Below, in pieces: positions 20,592-31,339 of a stretch of DNA of 64,000 nucleotides. This DNA comes from a virus. A program made the translations under genes and the position numbers. The stretch covers positions 67,111-131,110 of IMG/VR virus record IMGVR_UViG_3300042922_000923; one strand, 5' to 3'. Under the pieces are notes generated by a model. It was not told the DNA's origin. It saw only the letters and a list, made by a program, of their open reading frames with translations, and did not search any database. Each line of letters starts with the position of its first letter. Within the stretch, counting starts at the first letter, position 1.

Positions 20592-23500
20592 TTAATTCAC
20601 CTCTCTTGTCATACCATTTGATAGTAGATTTAATAATTGTGGTTGATTATTATTTATAACTTGAATAGCAGCATTTGCTACATTTCCTTGTTGCTCTTTG
20701 CTAAATCCGGTACCATTAACTGTTATAGTTAAATTAAGGCTTCCAGAAATATTAGAACTTCTAGAAGTTACATTGGAACCTCCTGAAATATCTCCTAATA
20801 ACGATGCAGTAGATACGTTAGCAGGATTATCAGGATTTTCGTTAGCTGGAACAACTTTTTCACCCTTATGCGCATAAATTAATCCATCATTGCTTAAACT
20901 TTTAGCACCTATAGCATATTTTGAAGCACTATTTTGCAATTCTTCATAGTACTTTGGAACTTTTTGAATATAGTCCATTGTTTCTTTATACCCTAAGTAC
21001 TTTCCAGTATTAACAGCACCTTGTCCAGCATTGTATGCAGCTAGTGCTAATTTTATATCACCATTATTTGCTTTTAAGTCTCTTGCAAGTTCAGAAGCAC
21101 CTGCATTAATATTTGCTTGTGGATCATTTTTTACTTGATTCCAGTTCATTCCACTAGTTTCTGCTGAGTCACTTGTTATTTGCATTAAACCATATGCCCC
21201 AGCAGAACTAACTGAATCTTTATTTCCACCAGACTCTTGCATCATTACAGCTTTTATTAAATTAGGATCAACACCATATTCCTTAGCAGATTTTTGTACC
21301 ATTTTATCCCACTGATTTACATTGCTCCATCCAGAGCCACCACTACCTAATTTACTGTTACCATTCATCCCACCATTGATACTCTTTGTACTTGTGCCAG
21401 AATCTGAGTCGCTTCCACCACCAAATAAATTTGAGAACCAGTCTCCTATTTCATCTAGTAGACTCTTTTCTTTTTTAGGTTGAAATTGTTGTGTTATATT
21501 ATTAGCACTACTAGAATTATTCCAGAAGCTAGAAGTTCCATCAGCATTTGCTGATTTTTGGGAATCTTTATTTAAGTCTTCTCTTCTCTTTACAACATCT
21601 GACTCAGTTTGAAGAATATCCTTCCATTGTTTCTGCTGATCTATTCGTTCTGAAACAACACTTCCTGTAGAAGATGAAGAGGAACCAGAACCTTCTAGTT
21701 TAGATACATCATTGTATAAGTTTCCAGATACAGATGAACCTATGTGACTTCCTCCAAAAGCTCCAGCTATTCCTCCAATAATTCCACCAATACCAGCTCC
21801 AATAGGTCCACCAAACGCACCAATAGCTGCACCAGCTTCAGCGCCTCCCCATGCTCCAAGGCCTCCACCAATACCAGCTCCAGCACCTTTAGCCACAGCT
21901 TCTCCATCAGAACCTCCATTTGCTTTAGTGCTAGAATATTCATCATATGCGCTAAATAAACCTGAAACTATTGGAGCGCCTTTTCCTATTATTTTACCTG
22001 CTTTAGATAAAACGTCTCCAAATCCTCCTGCTGCTTCAGCTCCTACGCTTGCATCTCCCATAAATCCTAAACCTTTAGTAGTGAATGACTCAGCTTCAGC
22101 TGCTTCTGATGCTGCACCACCAGCACCTCCAAAAGGGTTCTTAAATTTACCTTTAAAAAGTCCACTAAGAAGTTTTGAACCAATAGAATACATTCCTATT
22201 CCAGCTGCACCTGACAATGCATTCATAGCTATTTGTCCACCTACACTAGAATTGTTATAAGTGTTTTGCCAAGGTGTAACAATAGAGTCTTCTATATCTC
22301 CAACAGCCTTTGAAGAATTTTCTTTATTAGCTCTATAAGCATCTCTTCTTCTAACACCAGAGTTATTATAAGTATCATATTTGCTATCTAAGTCTCCATT
22401 AGATGAAGTTATTTTTTCAATTTCTGATTGAGCTTTTTTTCCTGATTTTAGGTCATCATAGTTAGAATCACTTAGAAGCTGGTCTGCAACTGATGAAGAT
22501 ATTCCTAGCTTATCCATCAAAATCATTTCTTGATAAGACTTATTTCCTCCAGCCAATTTTTCAGAATTTTGAAGTATTCTTGCTAAATTCTGAGGATCAG
22601 AAATACCTTTTTCCATTTGTCTTCTCAAAGAAAGCATACCCTCAGGACCAGTAAATTCTGAATTTCTTCCTAAAAGAATTTGCATACCATTATCAGCGTT
22701 TTGAATATTGCTGTTCATGCTAGAAAGTACATTAGCGCCTTGTGAACCTCTTAATTGAGGTGACATTTCACCAAACATATTTTGCATAGCCATTATTCCG
22801 GTTAAATCTGAGTTATTTACAGTAGTCTTAGCACTAGCAACACTTTGAGCAAGCTGATTTGTAGATTCAATAAGTTCAGATTCTCTACCAGACATATTCT
22901 GTTGCTTAATACTTTCAGCAATCATGCCAGCAAACTTTTGCTGTTCACCTTCATTTGTAGCTCCAATTTTATTCATGTTCCCAGCTACACTAGCAAGCTG
23001 ATTAGCATCTACAGCATATGCTCTTCCAAATTTTTGAAATGCATCAACGTCTGCTAAACTATTTTTAGTATTAGTAACTCCACCTATTGTTTCATATGTA
23101 GAAGCTACTTGAGCACTTTCACTCATAGTATGACTTGTATTTCTAGCTAGTTGTTCAATATCTTTTCTAGCTTGCTTGTAGTCAGAACCATAGTCACCTG
23201 TTTTTTGAACAGTGTTATACGCTAATCTTTCATCACGATCCATTAAGTCATAACCAGAATTTAGTGCACCAAAAATATGTCTTGTTGCACTAATACCCAT
23301 GTAGCCACCAAATAGATCTCCTATGCTTAAGCCACCAGAACCACCAGAGCCTCCACCAGGACTATTAGGATTTGTGTTATCTTGAGAAGGTGGTGGAGTA
23401 TAAGGAACCGGAAGATTCCTATTGCCTCCACCAAAATCAGTAGTATTTGTACCTCCAGTGTTGCCTCCACCACCAAAGCCTCCAGATCCTCCAGAGCCAC

Positions 23501-23918
23501 TAGTATTATGCATGTTATTAAATAAATCTTGTTGCTTTCTATACATATCATCAGCAACTCGCATAGTTTCCTGAAGTTGTTGTCTTTGAGTCTCTAAAGC
23601 ATTTATTTGACCTTGTATACTTTGAGAAGTTTTATTGTCAGAAGCTCTTTGAGATTGCTCAAGTTGCCTGTCATATTCTTCAATAGTACCTTTTAAGTTA
23701 TCAATGCTGCTTTGCATTGAGTTAACTAAAGAATTATATGCATCTTGAAATTTTCTTGTAGCATCATCTATTTCTCTTGAACTTCCTGATATCGAGTCTC
23801 CAGAGGAAAATCCACTAGCTTTTTGAAGCTTATCAAATTCTTCTTCTAATCTTTTTAATTCTGATTCAGCTTCCCTAACATCAGCTGATACATTCAACCT
23901 AATATCGTTACTAGCCAC
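20592..23918 (-). CDS. Tape measure protein with C-terminal lytic transglycosylase (SLT)
   Basis: Long helical, Gly/Ala-rich protein; AVMMQESGG, GAYGLMQI and ALAAYNAG. Confidence 0.9.
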   Translation of the reverse strand: MASNDIRLNVSADVREAESELKRLEEEFDKLQKASGFSSGDSISGSSREIDDATRKFQDAYNSLVNSMQSSIDNLKGTIEEYDRQLEQSQRASDNKTSQSIQGQINALETQRQQLQETMRVADDMYRKQQDLFNNMHNTSGSGGSGGFGGGGNTGGTNTTDFGGGNRNLPVPYTPPPSQDNTNPNSPGGGSGGSGGLSIGDLFGGYMGISATRHIFGALNSGYDLMDRDERLAYNTVQKTGDYGSDYKQARKDIEQLARNTSHTMSESAQVASTYETIGGVTNTKNSLADVDAFQKFGRAYAVDANQLASVAGNMNKIGATNEGEQQKFAGMIAESIKQQNMSGRESELIESTNQLAQSVASAKTTVNNSDLTGIMAMQNMFGEMSPQLRGSQGANVLSSMNSNIQNADNGMQILLGRNSEFTGPEGMLSLRRQMEKGISDPQNLARILQNSEKLAGGNKSYQEMILMDKLGISSSVADQLLSDSNYDDLKSGKKAQSEIEKITSSNGDLDSKYDTYNNSGVRRRDAYRANKENSSKAVGDIEDSIVTPWQNTYNNSSVGGQIAMNALSGAAGIGMYSIGSKLLSGLFKGKFKNPFGGAGGAASEAAEAESFTTKGLGFMGDASVGAEAAGGFGDVLSKAGKIIGKGAPIVSGLFSAYDEYSSTKANGGSDGEAVAKGAGAGIGGGLGAWGGAEAGAAIGAFGGPIGAGIGGIIGGIAGAFGGSHIGSSVSGNLYNDVSKLEGSGSSSSSTGSVVSERIDQQKQWKDILQTESDVVKRREDLNKDSQKSANADGTSSFWNNSSSANNITQQFQPKKEKSLLDEIGDWFSNLFGGGSDSDSGTSTKSINGGMNGNSKLGSGGSGWSNVNQWDKMVQKSAKEYGVDPNLIKAVMMQESGGNKDSVSSAGAYGLMQITSDSAETSGMNWNQVKNDPQANINAGASELARDLKANNGDIKLALAAYNAGQGAVNTGKYLGYKETMDYIQKVPKYYEELQNSASKYAIGAKSLSNDGLIYAHKGEKVVPANENPDNPANVSTASLLGDISGGSNVTSRSSNISGSLNLTITVNGTGFSKEQQGNVANAAIQVINNNQPQLLNLLSNGMTREVN

Positions 23919-23921
23919 TTT

Positions 23922-24287
23922 TTACACCTCCATAAAGTCATCATCAAAGAAATTATCATCATCAAGCTCTTGGGTAGTTTTATCAGATGATACTACTTGA
24001 GCACTAGGTTTAAACTTAAATCCTAGTTCATCCATTTTTTCAGAGTTATCTTGTTTATCTACTTTATCAAATTCTTCATCAAATTCAGGATCGTAGAAAT
24101 AATTTTCTAGTTTGCTTAACTTTTCTGGATCATCAGCTATATCAGCATATAGCATAAAATCAATTTGTTCTCTAGTTAAGCTTTGTATCCTTTCATCATT
24201 TATCGGTATTTGAAACATCTTCATGATTCTCCACAGATCTTTCATCTGAGGAAGTTTTACTATCTCCAGCATTGGTACTTGTTGCAT
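23922..24287 (-). CDS. Tail assembly chaperone, second (probably frameshift-accessed) ORF
   Basis: Overlaps the upstream chaperone in the +1 frame; immediately before the tape measure gene. Confidence 0.65.
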   Translation of the reverse strand: MQQVPMLEIVKLPQMKDLWRIMKMFQIPINDERIQSLTREQIDFMLYADIADDPEKLSKLENYFYDPEFDEEFDKVDKQDNSEKMDELGFKFKPSAQVVSSDKTTQELDDDNFFDDDFMEV

Positions 24288-24648
24288 TTGTTCTACGAAA
24301 GGTATTGTTCCAAGCTTTATAATTATTGTAGATAGCTAAAAGCACTTCATAGGAATCTAGAGTAGCTATATTAAACCATTCAGGAGCCTCCTTTACTACA
24401 ACTGATAATGTTGCTGTAATGTATGATATATTATCTGTTATTGTATCTAATGAAGCTATAGCAGCACCATTTAAATATTTAGCTCTACGTACACCAATTT
24501 CCATTTCATCAAGTAATGAAGGGTGTTTAACCTTGAAGTGACCTTTAAATTCAAACATATCTATGTCAAATTCAAATTCCTTTTTATTAGAATTTTTTAC
24601 TGCTGTTGCAGCAGCTACGGTTTTTAAAATTTCATCTCTTTCATTCAT
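24196..24648 (-). CDS. Tail assembly chaperone
   Basis: Position between tail tube and tape measure genes. Confidence 0.7.
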   Translation of the reverse strand: MNERDEILKTVAAATAVKNSNKKEFEFDIDMFEFKGHFKVKHPSLLDEMEIGVRRAKYLNGAAIASLDTITDNISYITATLSVVVKEAPEWFNIATLDSYEVLLAIYNNYKAWNNTFRRTNATSTNAGDSKTSSDERSVENHEDVSNTDK

Positions 24649-24748
24649 TATTAATTCCTCCTAATAAAATAAGCATTCTTTTCAGAATGCTTACTGTTTT
24701 CTTTATAAATAATATCTAATTGACTAACACATTGATTTCTTCATGACT

Positions 24749-25246
24749 TTATGCATATAAAGTTACTGAGTCTGTATCATAGGTTCCATCACCACGAACA
24801 CCATTAACAATACTTGAATCAGTGTCTGTATTATCAGAACAAGTTAAGTATTGGAATGTAGCATTTTCACCACAGATAGCATTAACTTTAAATACTTCAG
24901 AGTAGTCAGAAATTGTACAGCCTCTATATACTCTTACTATATTTCCAGTTGTTTTATCAAAAACCTCAATGTCAATTACATCTTTTCTTAGAACCTCTTC
25001 TCCAAGTGGTGCAACTCCAATATCATTTAAAGATTGTTTTTTAACTAAAAATCTATCTAAAGTTGCAGTACCTTCATATCTTAAATTGATGTGTTCTTGG
25101 GGCATTATAGATCCAATTTCATATACACCTTGTGTTCCAAAGCTTCTACGACCATTTAAACCTTGTGCTCTACCTACTATAACTCCACCAATTTTAATAT
25201 AAATTGTTTGTCCAGAATGAACCTTTTGATTTAAGACAGTAGCCAT
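24749..25246 (-). CDS. Tail tube protein
   Basis: VGRAQG...RSFGTQGVYEIGSIMPQEH, typical of SPO1/Twort-like tube proteins; follows the sheath gene. Confidence 0.88.
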   Translation of the reverse strand: MATVLNQKVHSGQTIYIKIGGVIVGRAQGLNGRRSFGTQGVYEIGSIMPQEHINLRYEGTATLDRFLVKKQSLNDIGVAPLGEEVLRKDVIDIEVFDKTTGNIVRVYRGCTISDYSEVFKVNAICGENATFQYLTCSDNTDTDSSIVNGVRGDGTYDTDSVTLYA

Positions 25247-25283
25247 TGACTTTCACATCCTTTCTAGCATCAAAAAATTAGAA

Positions 25284-27329
25284 TTACGCTGTAATTTGAT
25301 CTGCTGTATAGAAATGTCCAGATATTAACGCAAAGTTAACTGGTTCAACTGGAGCAGCACCATAATCAACATAAATTACTCTGTTCTCATATTTAACACT
25401 GACATTCTTATAAGCAACGATTACGTTGTCTCTAATCTTTTGTTGTAAAAAGCTTATAGTTAGGTTTTTGATGGATTCTACGTTAGTAACAACACCTTTT
25501 TTACCTATTATTTCATCTTCTATTTTTGTTCTTAATTCTTTATTTAAACTGTCAGCTAAGTCTCTTACAGAGCGTTCAGTATATAACGAAATAGTGTCAT
25601 TGGTATAAGTTGTGATATCTTGAGCTAGTCTATATCCTTTATTAATTACGTATTCAAATGTGGCAACACCTGAAGTAAGTAAAGAATTTACTTCTGTCGG
25701 ATTTAAGTTCTTTTCAAGGCTTACAACGTTAAAGTAATCAAATGTTGCAGCTTCTCCAATAGGAAGGTAAGCTTGTCTTCCAGCCAACATTGCAGCTGAT
25801 ATAAATGGTGGATATAACTCTTGTTCTCCGTATTCATTAGTATCATAGAATCCTGGGTAAGCAAGTTGAACTCTATCAGAAGAGTAATTTAATGCTCTAG
25901 CTTGAGTTTGCTCAACACTTTCTCCAGCATTTCCACCTACCTTTAAGGATCTTTCTCTTCCCATACTTGAACTTACATAATTAACATGCTCTTTAGCTTC
26001 AGCTATTATTGCTTCATCCCCAGTTAAAGGAACAATATAGTTAACATCATAAGTGCTTAATAAGTCAAAATAAGAAAGCCAGCTTGAAGGAGTTATACCA
26101 TCACTACCCCCACTTAGATTTATATAATCAAAGTTTTTAGGTGGTCCTGATACATAAGTAGTACGATTAAATCTAACTAGTTTAGATAAACTGTTTAACT
26201 GGATTTCTAAGTCCTTCCAGATAGAACATAATAAAAATTCATCTTTTGTAATATCCTTAGAATCTACAACATCTAAGTCAGTTGCTTTTATTCCTGAACT
26301 AACAACTGCATAGGATCTACAAGAATAATTTTCATACTGTGAAATATAATCAACTAAGTCTCTTATACCTGAAAATCTAGAATCAGTTAAGTCAATTTGT
26401 AAATCTTCAATAGAATGACTTTCATCAACTCCTATTTTTGTAGTTAGCGAAATAGCTTTACCAGCATCATCGTGTTCTACATTTACAATTGCATAAGGTT
26501 GAGTTCCTGTGTATCTTAGATAGAAACAAGCTCCCATATTATCAAGAACTTCTATTGTAGAGTCTTCATAATAATTAGTTGTAAACATCTTAGTACCAGG
26601 TTTTGTACCATCTTCCATTTTGCACTGTATCTTTTTAGTCCAAGCACCATAGTCTTCAGAAACAATAGTTCCTACAACTGTATTATCCTTTTTACTCTTA
26701 GCTGTTATTTTCCAAACACTGTTTTGGTTATAAGATCCAGCTCCAAAAGTTACTTTAATACCATTTTCAATATCAACTGCTGAACTATCAGAAGGAACAG
26801 TTATCTTTTCTGCTTTCCAGTTTTCTCCACTATATCTCCATCCAAAAGTAACATTACTCAAACTAGCTGAATCAGCTGAGTCAATTATAATTTCTATAGT
26901 TACATCAGATGTTCCAGTATAGGTACCACTTGAAGTAACAGTGCCAGTACTAGTATTAGTCTCGGCCTTTACAGCAGGTCCAATACTTGCTACTACAGGT
27001 ATTTCATCACCTATTGGTAATGATGATTGGATAGCTTGATTTGCTCTAATACATGCTATTGTATAAGCACCTTCAGAACTAGAAGTAGGTCCCCAAGCCT
27101 TTTGAGCAGCTTTTAATAAGTATCCACCCTTTAGAGTCTTCTTTGCAGCAGTTGGATCAGTAAACCACATAACTTCACCAGGTATTCCACCCTTTGAAGT
27201 TCCAATTAATGCAACAATTTTTTGACTTCCTGTAGACATTGAACTCATGGAACTTGCATCTATTCCTCCATATGCACCTGGATGAATAACCCATCTTCCG
27301 TTAAAATATATTCCATTAGTAGTAGCCAT
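25284..27329 (-). CDS. Contractile tail sheath protein
   Basis: ALIGTSKGG.PG, LSGGSDG..P.SW, QDITTY and PVEPVNF; 681 aa. Confidence 0.92.
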   Translation of the reverse strand: MATTNGIYFNGRWVIHPGAYGGIDASSMSSMSTGSQKIVALIGTSKGGIPGEVMWFTDPTAAKKTLKGGYLLKAAQKAWGPTSSSEGAYTIACIRANQAIQSSLPIGDEIPVVASIGPAVKAETNTSTGTVTSSGTYTGTSDVTIEIIIDSADSASLSNVTFGWRYSGENWKAEKITVPSDSSAVDIENGIKVTFGAGSYNQNSVWKITAKSKKDNTVVGTIVSEDYGAWTKKIQCKMEDGTKPGTKMFTTNYYEDSTIEVLDNMGACFYLRYTGTQPYAIVNVEHDDAGKAISLTTKIGVDESHSIEDLQIDLTDSRFSGIRDLVDYISQYENYSCRSYAVVSSGIKATDLDVVDSKDITKDEFLLCSIWKDLEIQLNSLSKLVRFNRTTYVSGPPKNFDYINLSGGSDGITPSSWLSYFDLLSTYDVNYIVPLTGDEAIIAEAKEHVNYVSSSMGRERSLKVGGNAGESVEQTQARALNYSSDRVQLAYPGFYDTNEYGEQELYPPFISAAMLAGRQAYLPIGEAATFDYFNVVSLEKNLNPTEVNSLLTSGVATFEYVINKGYRLAQDITTYTNDTISLYTERSVRDLADSLNKELRTKIEDEIIGKKGVVTNVESIKNLTISFLQQKIRDNVIVAYKNVSVKYENRVIYVDYGAAPVEPVNFALISGHFYTADQITA

Positions 27330-27332
27330 GTA

Positions 27333-27539
27333 TTATCCCTCCTTTAAATCTCTATTTTTATATTCAAAAAGCTTTTGGTTCCAATTATCTCTGGATAGAT
27401 ATTTATGCTTTCGTGTGTATGCTCTAAAGCCAGCAATTTCTTCGACTCTTAGATTCTTGCTTTTAACGAACTCGTCTAGACTTATCAATCTTTTACTTTT
27501 TTCTATGACTATATCTTGATCTTGCTTTTTAGTTCCCAT
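27333..27539 (-). CDS. Small hypothetical neck/tail protein
   Basis: ORF with RBS just upstream of the sheath gene. Confidence 0.6.
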   Translation of the reverse strand: MGTKKQDQDIVIEKSKRLISLDEFVKSKNLRVEEIAGFRAYTRKHKYLSRDNWNQKLFEYKNRDLKEG

Positions 27540-27566
27540 AGATAATCAATCTCCTTCCATATAACC

Positions 27567-28418
27567 CTAATCTCCTTTGCTTACTATGCTTTTGTCATTC
27601 TCATACAGATGCTGAGTAACAACAATCTTATCAATTTCATAGAAAATATTCTTAATTTCCTCGTTATCATAGTAATTTTCTATTGATCCAGTTAATAAGA
27701 GAGATCTTCTAAAAATAAACGTTGGCATGTAATCTGGAATAGGTTCTAAGTCTGAACCTCTTATGATAGGATTAAGTAATCCGTTTTCTATTAATAACTG
27801 TCGCTTGTACAACATAATAAACTTTAAGAGATGGTACATATACACTACTAAATTACTATTGTCGGCCCAGCATTCAATTCTATAGCTAAACTCCATGAGA
27901 GTACCTGATTTGCATATATTATCTTGTGTGTATCCTATAGTGGCTTCAACTGTATCATCAACATCTGAGTACTCGTTGAGTATGATTCTACCTTTTACAT
28001 TTGGATCATAAGCACATTCCTGTATTTCTTTTCCATTAGTAAGATTAGTTATAACGTCAACGCTCACAATGTCCTCTAAATTGGTATCTATATATAAATT
28101 TCCTGAGTCATCTTTTTTAACTTGATACTCATTGGTTATAGATACAACGTCTGAGCTATTTTCTAAAAATTCTCCTAGTGACTCAGGATTTTCATTTTCT
28201 TCACCTAGCATAATGCAGTAACAAGGGAATTTTTGAGATGTTCTAGGAAAATTTTTTATAACATCAATATCATTATTTTCAATAAATTCCCTCAAGTCTT
28301 TGCTATAAGTAGTGTTAGAATAACTAAAGATTTTTTCTATTATCTGTGGATTTGCTTTAAGTAAAGCAAGGGTAGTTACTATCGTATTTTCTAGTAATTC
28401 CTCTACTATAGGAATCAT
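27567..28418 (-). CDS. Tail completion/terminator-like protein
   Basis: Position before the sheath; FPCYCIMLGEE and IFRRSL. Confidence 0.6.
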   Translation of the reverse strand: MIPIVEELLENTIVTTLALLKANPQIIEKIFSYSNTTYSKDLREFIENNDIDVIKNFPRTSQKFPCYCIMLGEENENPESLGEFLENSSDVVSITNEYQVKKDDSGNLYIDTNLEDIVSVDVITNLTNGKEIQECAYDPNVKGRIILNEYSDVDDTVEATIGYTQDNICKSGTLMEFSYRIECWADNSNLVVYMYHLLKFIMLYKRQLLIENGLLNPIIRGSDLEPIPDYMPTFIFRRSLLLTGSIENYYDNEEIKNIFYEIDKIVVTQHLYENDKSIVSKGD

Positions 28419-28428
28419 AATTATCACC

Positions 28429-29133
28429 TCAAAAACCAAATACTTGGTTTATATATTTTTTAACAGTAGATTCTAGTATTGAACTTGCTGAGGGTTCCAT
28501 CTGGTCTAATAAATGAACTCCTGTGAATCCAGGATGAATCCATGATGTTGGATCAGATTTATCTGAAACTCTTCTCCACGTCATGTAAGAATTTTTTCCT
28601 GAAGAGGTACTAACTTTAGTTAGATAATCAAAGGTTGAAGCAGAGTATTGATATCCTGTCCATGATTCAGTTGAACCTTGATTAGTTCTAAGGACTCCCC
28701 ATGCAGGCAACTTTTTAGCTTGAGTATATACAGAATTGCTAAGAGATGAACTGAAATTTGTTGAGTTTGGAGTACCTTGTCGCATAGGAATATCAATATA
28801 CCAGCCTCCAGATTTTGAAAACTTAACTTTAGCACTTTGAGAAAATAGAATTTTCAAATCATAAGGTGGACTTCCTTTTTCAAGCTTAGTTGGAAAATCT
28901 CCTTCAAGCCTTACAGATCCTGATAGTCCATCCTTATTAATTTGAACAGATAAACCTTGAACATATGCTGCCTTACCTGACCTTAGATTCGTCTTAGCCA
29001 GATTTTCCCACTGTTTTTTTATTTGAAACATAGAATCTACAAATGCACTCTGAACTGTCTCTTTTAAACATGGTGACATATCTACTATACGATCATAAGA
29101 ATCTGAATTAAGTTTGAGTTGCAATCTGCGCAT
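28429..29133 (-). CDS. Neck/head-tail joining protein
   Basis: PYDLK...KVK..K.GGWYIDIP and YMTWRRVSDKS.P.SWIHPG, resembling Twort-like neck proteins. Confidence 0.65.
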   Translation of the reverse strand: MRRLQLKLNSDSYDRIVDMSPCLKETVQSAFVDSMFQIKKQWENLAKTNLRSGKAAYVQGLSVQINKDGLSGSVRLEGDFPTKLEKGSPPYDLKILFSQSAKVKFSKSGGWYIDIPMRQGTPNSTNFSSSLSNSVYTQAKKLPAWGVLRTNQGSTESWTGYQYSASTFDYLTKVSTSSGKNSYMTWRRVSDKSDPTSWIHPGFTGVHLLDQMEPSASSILESTVKKYINQVFGF

Positions 29134-29803
29134 ATGTGTAATCCTCTCTTTTTATAAGATATTGCTTTGATAACTCTGTAAAGTTATTAGAATTTCCAAC
29201 TTGAGTTCCCCTTAGTTCATGAGGAATATCTATTACTGAATAAATAGGTGAAGTTTTATATAGCATTGCAAGGAAAAAGTCGTTACCAGCCTTTTTCTTT
29301 TCATCATTTACATAGGTGTTAATGATATCTGGATCAATTTTTATATTCCATCCATCATTAATAATTTCAATCTTATCAATATCTATTTTTAGATCCTCAT
29401 ATTGTGCCACAAGTATACTTTTTACTTGATGCTTTAATTTAACTGACTTTCCAAACTTAACACTTACTACCTCTGAATATTTACTGCGTAGGTCAGAAAA
29501 AGTTAATCTATCGTGGAATCCCATAAGAACATCAGAAGTTGGTGTTAAATAAGCATCTCCAACGTTTCTATTACCTATAGGTTCAAAATTTTGATCTCCA
29601 CCTAGCTTAGTTACTAGAGCTATAATTTTTTTAGGGGGACTATATAAGTATCCTGAACCATTACAGTATTTACAATTAAACAGTGGCTGGCCTTTACCTT
29701 GACCTAGACAGGAGCAAAGCATCGCCTCTTCCCAAAGTACATTAAGTCCCTTTTCTGAGATAGCCTTATCAAATTTTTGAACTTTTAGATCAACTCTATC
29801 CAT
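29108..29803 (-). CDS. Head closure/neck protein with Cys motif
   Basis: VLWEEAMLCSC...CKYCNGSGY; position. Confidence 0.65.
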   Translation of the reverse strand: MDRVDLKVQKFDKAISEKGLNVLWEEAMLCSCLGQGKGQPLFNCKYCNGSGYLYSPPKKIIALVTKLGGDQNFEPIGNRNVGDAYLTPTSDVLMGFHDRLTFSDLRSKYSEVVSVKFGKSVKLKHQVKSILVAQYEDLKIDIDKIEIINDGWNIKIDPDIINTYVNDEKKKAGNDFFLAMLYKTSPIYSVIDIPHELRGTQVGNSNNFTELSKQYLIKREDYTYAQIATQT

Positions 29804-29814
29804 ATCTGCACCTT

Positions 29815-30141
29815 CTATTCAAAGTTAAATTCATCTATATCATCATTATTCTTAAAAAATTCTTTCATTTCAGGAGTTCTCATAAGAGTATATAAAGGCT
29901 TTCCATCACTTTTCATGTTAAGTCTAAAAGCTCCATCTCCATCTACATATACCTTAAAGCTTGTAGAATGACCAACATCTCCCAACCATTGCATATAACC
30001 TAGCATCTTTTCTATATTTTCAATGTATCTAGGAGAACCTTCTAAAGTAATAATTTTCTTTGTAGGTTTATTATTGTTAAAGCTAACTGACTTTTTTAAA
30101 AAATTAACAGTAGCTTCATCACTTCCATTATTTACAAACAT
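29815..30141 (-). CDS. Hypothetical protein
   Basis: ORF with AGGAGG before MFVNN. Confidence 0.6.
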   Translation of the reverse strand: MFVNNGSDEATVNFLKKSVSFNNNKPTKKIITLEGSPRYIENIEKMLGYMQWLGDVGHSTSFKVYVDGDGAFRLNMKSDGKPLYTLMRTPEMKEFFKNNDDIDEFNFE

Positions 30142-30151
30142 ATTACACCTC

Positions 30152-30916
30152 CTAAACAACCGTAAAGCGAATACCATCGTACCTACTCTTAAGTGTAGAT
30201 AAAGCATCTTGTAACTCAGCGTTGTATTGGTTATATAATTGAAGAGGTGGCTTAGTAACGGATTGACTTAATCCATCTATACCAATAGATTCACTTGCAC
30301 CATGTCCAATATAGAACATGTTGTACCAAACCTGAATTACATTAATAGCAGCCTTTTTATAAACATAGTCATATATGTCGTATGGAATAGTTTCAAAACC
30401 GGCTGTATAAGTAACTTTCCACATTTGAGGATAGTGATTACTACCAAAAAAGGGTTGTACAAGGGAACCATCAGCTGAAATAATAAGCGAATTAACAGAT
30501 CCCATATTTGGTACTAATCGTAGTAATGAAGTTGCCTTTGTAAGCATTATCCAAGATAATGGAAAATTTGTTACTTGAGTATCTGCAAACATAATCTCCA
30601 TATTACTAACTTTTAGAGCTGGCTTCTTAAATAACTTTAAAAATCCCCAGTTTTGAAAGTCATCCGCGTAATAGTCATGTTCTTCTACAAATTCTGTTGG
30701 AACTAAAACTATATCTAGAAGACCTGATACATTCTGAATAGCTGCATTCAAATGATGGTAGTATAAATTTTCAGGAAATGGATTTCCATCAGAGTCTTCA
30801 AGTTTTAATCCAAATAGAAAGGTATCTTTTAATGTCTGAACGTCAAATCTAGAATCTATTAATAATTTTCCTCCTGGAGTGATATCAGAAGCATTGTTTA
30901 CTGTAGAATCATCCAT
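30152..30916 (-). CDS. Head-tail adaptor
   Basis: PQMWKVTYTAGF and SIGIDGLSQS; downstream of the capsid gene. Confidence 0.72.
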   Translation of the reverse strand: MDDSTVNNASDITPGGKLLIDSRFDVQTLKDTFLFGLKLEDSDGNPFPENLYYHHLNAAIQNVSGLLDIVLVPTEFVEEHDYYADDFQNWGFLKLFKKPALKVSNMEIMFADTQVTNFPLSWIMLTKATSLLRLVPNMGSVNSLIISADGSLVQPFFGSNHYPQMWKVTYTAGFETIPYDIYDYVYKKAAINVIQVWYNMFYIGHGASESIGIDGLSQSVTKPPLQLYNQYNAELQDALSTLKSRYDGIRFTVV

Positions 30917-30931
30917 AGATTACACCTTCTC

Positions 30932-31261
30932 TTAGCTTTCTTGCTTTGCTTGAAGTATTACATTCAAAATATCTTCTCTTTTACTTGCAGAACCTAAATC
31001 TATATTCTCTTTAGCTGCATATCTTATTAATTGTTTAACTGTCATAGAATTTATGTCTTCAGAATTACTATTGTCATCAGTTGTATCTTCAACATATTCA
31101 GAACCATCTTCATTAACAAGAATGTATCCGTTTAGTTCTACTATGGTATCTGCGTGTTCCTCTTGAATTTCAGCTATAGAGTTTTCATTGAAGTGTAATT
31201 GATTACCTCTGTAAGTAACTTCATGATTTTTAAATCTTATATTTTTAACAAACTTTGACAT
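30932..31261 (-). CDS. Small protein with C-terminal Rho-N/HeH-like helix pair
   Basis: MTVKQLIRYAAKENIDL...KREDILNVI; follows the capsid gene. Confidence 0.6.
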   Translation of the reverse strand: MSKFVKNIRFKNHEVTYRGNQLHFNENSIAEIQEEHADTIVELNGYILVNEDGSEYVEDTTDDNSNSEDINSMTVKQLIRYAAKENIDLGSASKREDILNVILQAKQES

Positions 31262-31339
31262 GCCAATCTTCCTTTCATATATAAAATAAAAGGGCATAAA
31301 AGGGTAAAAACCCAAGTACACCCTTAAGAGTATTTAATA

